A stretch of 33,587 nucleotides of DNA, from positions 1-33,587 of the forward strand of contig DBGFLF010000111.1 in the NCBI GenBank assembly GCA_048528725.1, written 5' to 3'. Positions within the stretch are counted from its first letter, which is position 1. Every line of letters starts with the position of its first letter. This DNA comes from Collinsella sp. (GTDB lineage Bacteria; Actinomycetota; Coriobacteriia; Coriobacteriales; Coriobacteriaceae). The notes below the pieces were generated by a model. The model had not been told where the DNA came from and made no database searches. It was given only the letters and a program-made list of their open reading frames with translations. The position numbers and the translations under genes are program-made. This document shows, piece by piece, positions 30,307-33,587 of the stretch.

Positions 30307-31272
30307 TTACTTTTTCTTGTCCTGTTCCAGCAGATCGGACGGTGAACGATCGGGCTTGCCGCCGCGGAAAATCTCGCGGCCATGCAGACGATGCTCCAGG
30401 TCACGTTCGGCCTTTTCCTCGTCAATCTTGGTCTGGCTCACCACCGGGTCCTCAATCAACGACGACACCGAGTTCACCTGCTTCTGAATGCGCTCGGCGA
30501 TGGTGTCATCCATACTCACGATGCGCATCTTCCAGTCGATATTCGTGGCGTTGGATGAGCTCTTGGTCCACACGAACGTCAGGATGGCGCTCTGGTGGCC
30601 CCGCGCGGGGAACATGCCAAAGAAGGAATCGTGCTGAATGTTGCTATCCTCGTCGATATAGGCGTGAACGTTATACACCACGCGGTCAATCTTATCGTTG
30701 AGCAGCGCGTTGGTCGCAAGCGCCGCGGCCTGAATCTGCCCGTTGGACAGCAGTTCGAGCTCGTTGGCAGACGATGTGTCCAACACCGTCACCTCGACCG
30801 TGCCCGTACGCTCATCGGCTTCATCGACGGTAAAGTCGAGCGGGAACTGAGTAAAGCCGTTGCCCCACTCAAGGCCGCCCTTCAGCGCCGTCGAAACGGT
30901 ATCGACTGAAACGCTCTCGGACAGGTTGGCGGTATTCAGACGGCGCATCACGCCGTAGCCGATCTGCATGCCCACGATCAGCACCAAAATACCGATGACC
31001 ACGGCCATCGCGGTCTTCGTAATGGTATGGCTCACCTGCGAGCCCGAAGGATCGTCCTCGGACAGCGGGTCGATATGTTTTGCCTGGCTCGCGCGGTCCT
31101 CGCTGCGCAGCTGCGCTAGCGCCGCTTTGTCACCGCGCTTGGCCGCCGCCTCCTTCTCGCGCATGCGCTCGGTGCGCTTTTTGGCAAGCGTGGGATCCAA
31201 GACACCGGATGCATCGATTTCGGAGAATAACTCCGTCACTTCTTCCGGAGTCAAAGGGTTCTTGTCAGCCAT
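30307..31272 (-). CDS. Hypothetical single-pass membrane protein
   Basis: 321-aa ORF, RBS AGGAAG, one TM segment (AMAVVIGILVLIVGMQIGYGVM); follows the ABC gene. Confidence 0.8.
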   Translation of the reverse strand: MADKNPLTPEEVTELFSEIDASGVLDPTLAKKRTERMREKEAAAKRGDKAALAQLRSEDRASQAKHIDPLSEDDPSGSQVSHTITKTAMAVVIGILVLIVGMQIGYGVMRRLNTANLSESVSVDTVSTALKGGLEWGNGFTQFPLDFTVDEADERTGTVEVTVLDTSSANELELLSNGQIQAAALATNALLNDKIDRVVYNVHAYIDEDSNIQHDSFFGMFPARGHQSAILTFVWTKSSSNATNIDWKMRIVSMDDTIAERIQKQVNSVSSLIEDPVVSQTKIDEEKAERDLEHRLHGREIFRGGKPDRSPSDLLEQDKKK

Positions 31273-31291
31273 AAACTTCCTGTCATATCAA

Positions 31292-33064
31292 TCAGTCGAG
31301 CTCGTGCGCACGCGCACCTTCGAACTGCATTCGATAGTAACGGGCATAGGTGCCGCCACGGGCGAGAAGCTCCTCGTGCGTGCCACGCTCCACAACGCGA
31401 CCATGCTCAACGGTCGCAATCTCATCGGCATGCTTAATGGTCGAAAGACGGTGGGCGATGATAATCGTGGTGCGGCCGCGCGCCAGTTCTTCGAGCGACT
31501 CCTGCACCGCCTCCTCGCTCTCGTTATCCAAAGCACTCGTCGCCTCGTCCAAGATCAGGATCTTGGGGTTCTTGAGAAACACGCGCGCGATGGCAACGCG
31601 CTGCTTCTGTCCGCCCGAAAGACGGCTGCCGCGCTCGCCCACCACGGTGTCGTAGCCCTGTGGAAGCGATTCGATAAAGGCATCGATGTTGGCGCGACGG
31701 GCGGCCTCGGCGATCTCTTCTGCCGTGGCGCCCGGCTTGCCGTAGGCGATGTTCTCGCCAATCGTACCGTCAAATAGATAGACATCCTGCTGCACCAGGC
31801 CGATGGCGCGGCGCAGGCTCTGCTGCGTCACATCGCGCACGTCCTGGCCGTCGATGCTAATGGATCCGGCAGCCACGTCATAAAAGCGCGGCAGCAGCGA
31901 ACAGGTCGTGGACTTGCCACCGCCCGAAGGGCCAACCAAAGCGATGGTCTGCCCGGGCTTGATGGACAGATTCATATGGTCGATAACGGGACGCTCGTCG
32001 GCATAGCCCTCGCCCAGCTCGACATCCTCGTAGTTAAAGCACACGTCGTGATACTCCACGGCGCCGGCAGTCACCTGCAGATCCGTAGCGCCCGGCTTGT
32101 CCTGGATATCCGGCGCGGTCGAGAGCACCTCGTCCATACGTTTAAAGCCGGCGATAGCCTTCTGATACGTTTCGGCCGAATTGACGAGCGTCTCGAGCGG
32201 CGTGCAGAACAGCGAAATATAGAGTGCAAAGGTCGCCATATCGACCGCCTGCAGCTGTCCCTGGGCGACCAGCCAGCCGCCCAGCAGCACCACGATCACA
32301 TAGAGCACACCCGAGAGCAGGCCATACGTCGCGGTATAGACGCCCATGGCGTGATACATGTTCTCCTTGGACGAAAGGTAGCGATCGTTAGAGGCACGGA
32401 ACTTGGCGCGCTCGGTCTCCTCGTTGGCAAAGCTCTTGACTACGCGCATGCCCGCAAGCGAATCCTGCAGCTGCGCATTGATGCCGCTGATCTTTTTGCG
32501 GTTGTCGCTAAAAACCTCGCGCATACGCATGTTCTGCCAAAACATGATGACCGCAAACGCCGCCGTCACCACGGCCATGGCGAGCGCCAGCACCGGGGCA
32601 ATGGTAAAGAGGATCACAAACGAGCCGATGATCTCGATGCCGCAGATGATGATCCACTCGGGCACGTGGTGCGCCGCCTCGCAGATATCGAACAGGTCGT
32701 TGACCACGCGGCTCACCATGTCGCCCGAGCTGTTGCGGTCGAAGTATGCAAAGCTAAAGCGCTCATACTGGTCAAACAGGTCCTCGCGCATTTTGGACTC
32801 CATACGCGCGCCCATCACGTGACCCCAATAGCTCACAAAATAGCGGCAGGCGCAGCGGACGGCATACATCAGCACCAAGCCCACCGCGATCATGCCGAGC
32901 GCCTGCATAATAGCAGCCTGACCCTGAGTAAACAGCCCACCGGTCAAATTGCGCAGGATAATGGGGAACGCCAGGTCAATGGCGGCAAGCACCAGAGCAC
33001 AAACAGTATCAGCAACAAAAAGCCCCATCTGGGGCTCGTAATACGAAAGAAACCTCTTAAACAT
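31292..33064 (-). CDS. ABC exporter, fused permease/ATPase
   Basis: N-terminal TM domain; GPSGGGKST, LSGGQKQR, ILDEATSALD, IAHRLST. Confidence 0.95.
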   Translation of the reverse strand: MFKRFLSYYEPQMGLFVADTVCALVLAAIDLAFPIILRNLTGGLFTQGQAAIMQALGMIAVGLVLMYAVRCACRYFVSYWGHVMGARMESKMREDLFDQYERFSFAYFDRNSSGDMVSRVVNDLFDICEAAHHVPEWIIICGIEIIGSFVILFTIAPVLALAMAVVTAAFAVIMFWQNMRMREVFSDNRKKISGINAQLQDSLAGMRVVKSFANEETERAKFRASNDRYLSSKENMYHAMGVYTATYGLLSGVLYVIVVLLGGWLVAQGQLQAVDMATFALYISLFCTPLETLVNSAETYQKAIAGFKRMDEVLSTAPDIQDKPGATDLQVTAGAVEYHDVCFNYEDVELGEGYADERPVIDHMNLSIKPGQTIALVGPSGGGKSTTCSLLPRFYDVAAGSISIDGQDVRDVTQQSLRRAIGLVQQDVYLFDGTIGENIAYGKPGATAEEIAEAARRANIDAFIESLPQGYDTVVGERGSRLSGGQKQRVAIARVFLKNPKILILDEATSALDNESEEAVQESLEELARGRTTIIIAHRLSTIKHADEIATVEHGRVVERGTHEELLARGGTYARYYRMQFEGARAHELD

Positions 33065-33095
33065 GTGATCCTCAAAGAAATATCAGCAACATAAG

Positions 33096-33134
33096 GCCCT
33101 GGGACAAAGTAATCAGTAGTTCTTGTCCCAGGGC
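33096..33134. repeat. GGGACA-containing hairpin
   Basis: GCCCTGGGACAA...TTGTCCCAGGGC. Confidence 0.55.
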
Positions 33135-33146
33135 TATTCCCGCTCG

Positions 33147-33587
33147 TTACAGCTCGGCCCCACCCAAGCGGTGCGCGATGCTATCGCAGGCCAAGGCGCC
33201 CACGACGGTCTTGGCGTCTTCGATCTTGCCGTCGAGCACGGCGTCGATCAGCTCGTGCAGCGGCACCAGGTCCACGTTGACAAACTCGTCATCATCGGGG
33301 TTGGGCGCATCAAACTCGAGCTTGGTGGCCAAGTAGATGTGGATGATCTCATCGCAAAAACCGCAGGACGTGACAATCGACGTCAAAAAGCGAATACGAC
33401 CAGCCCTAAAGCCCGTCTCCTCGTGCAGTTCGCGCTTGGCGCAATCGAGCGGGTCCTCGCCTGGATCGAGCTTGCCGGCGGGAATCTCGACCGTCACGCG
33501 GTCGATGGCGGTGCGGTACTGACGCACCAGTACGATCTTGCCGCTCTCGGTCAGTGCCACAACGGCCGCCGCACCCGGATGGCGAAC
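33147..33587 (-). CDS. Nudix hydrolase (ADP-ribose pyrophosphatase, NudF-like); 5' end lies outside the window
   Basis: HPGAAAVV, LVRQYR, EIPAGKLDPGE...AKRELHEETG Nudix box, DDDEF, IEDAKT. Confidence 0.9.
   Translation of the reverse strand, partial: VRHPGAAAVVALTESGKIVLVRQYRTAIDRVTVEIPAGKLDPGEDPLDCAKRELHEETGFRAGRIRFLTSIVTSCGFCDEIIHIYLATKLEFDAPNPDDDEFVNVDLVPLHELIDAVLDGKIEDAKTVVGALACDSIAHRLGGAEL

Overview
High-GC bacterial chromosomal window whose gene content and style suggest Coriobacteriia, probably Collinsella-like (inference). About 11-33.6 kb is mostly housekeeping: a polar amino-acid ABC operon, yqeY, a PrsA-like foldase, a PTS IIA, purN-purM-purF, a CmpB-like permease, moaE, a class B sortase, purE, carA-carB, an ABC exporter and a Nudix hydrolase. 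The first ~11 kb is an accessory locus with two tandem LAxTG-anchored surface-protein genes (one ~2200 aa; one split by a 1-bp frameshift) divergent from a multi-transmembrane LuxR regulator. Its non-coding architecture is the most striking feature. Each surface gene is followed by a homologous array of six alternating inverted 16-bp repeats. Each is preceded by a TAGGTTC-N8-GAACCTA palindrome flanked by TCTACCTGCG and by a GGACAGGCA-loop hairpin. GGGACAG-core hairpins recur in many intergenic gaps, and there are three unexplained long RNA-like rods, including a candidate ncRNA beside purE. No recombinase, transposase, CRISPR array, tRNA or rRNA was recognised. All functional calls come from motif reading, without database searches.
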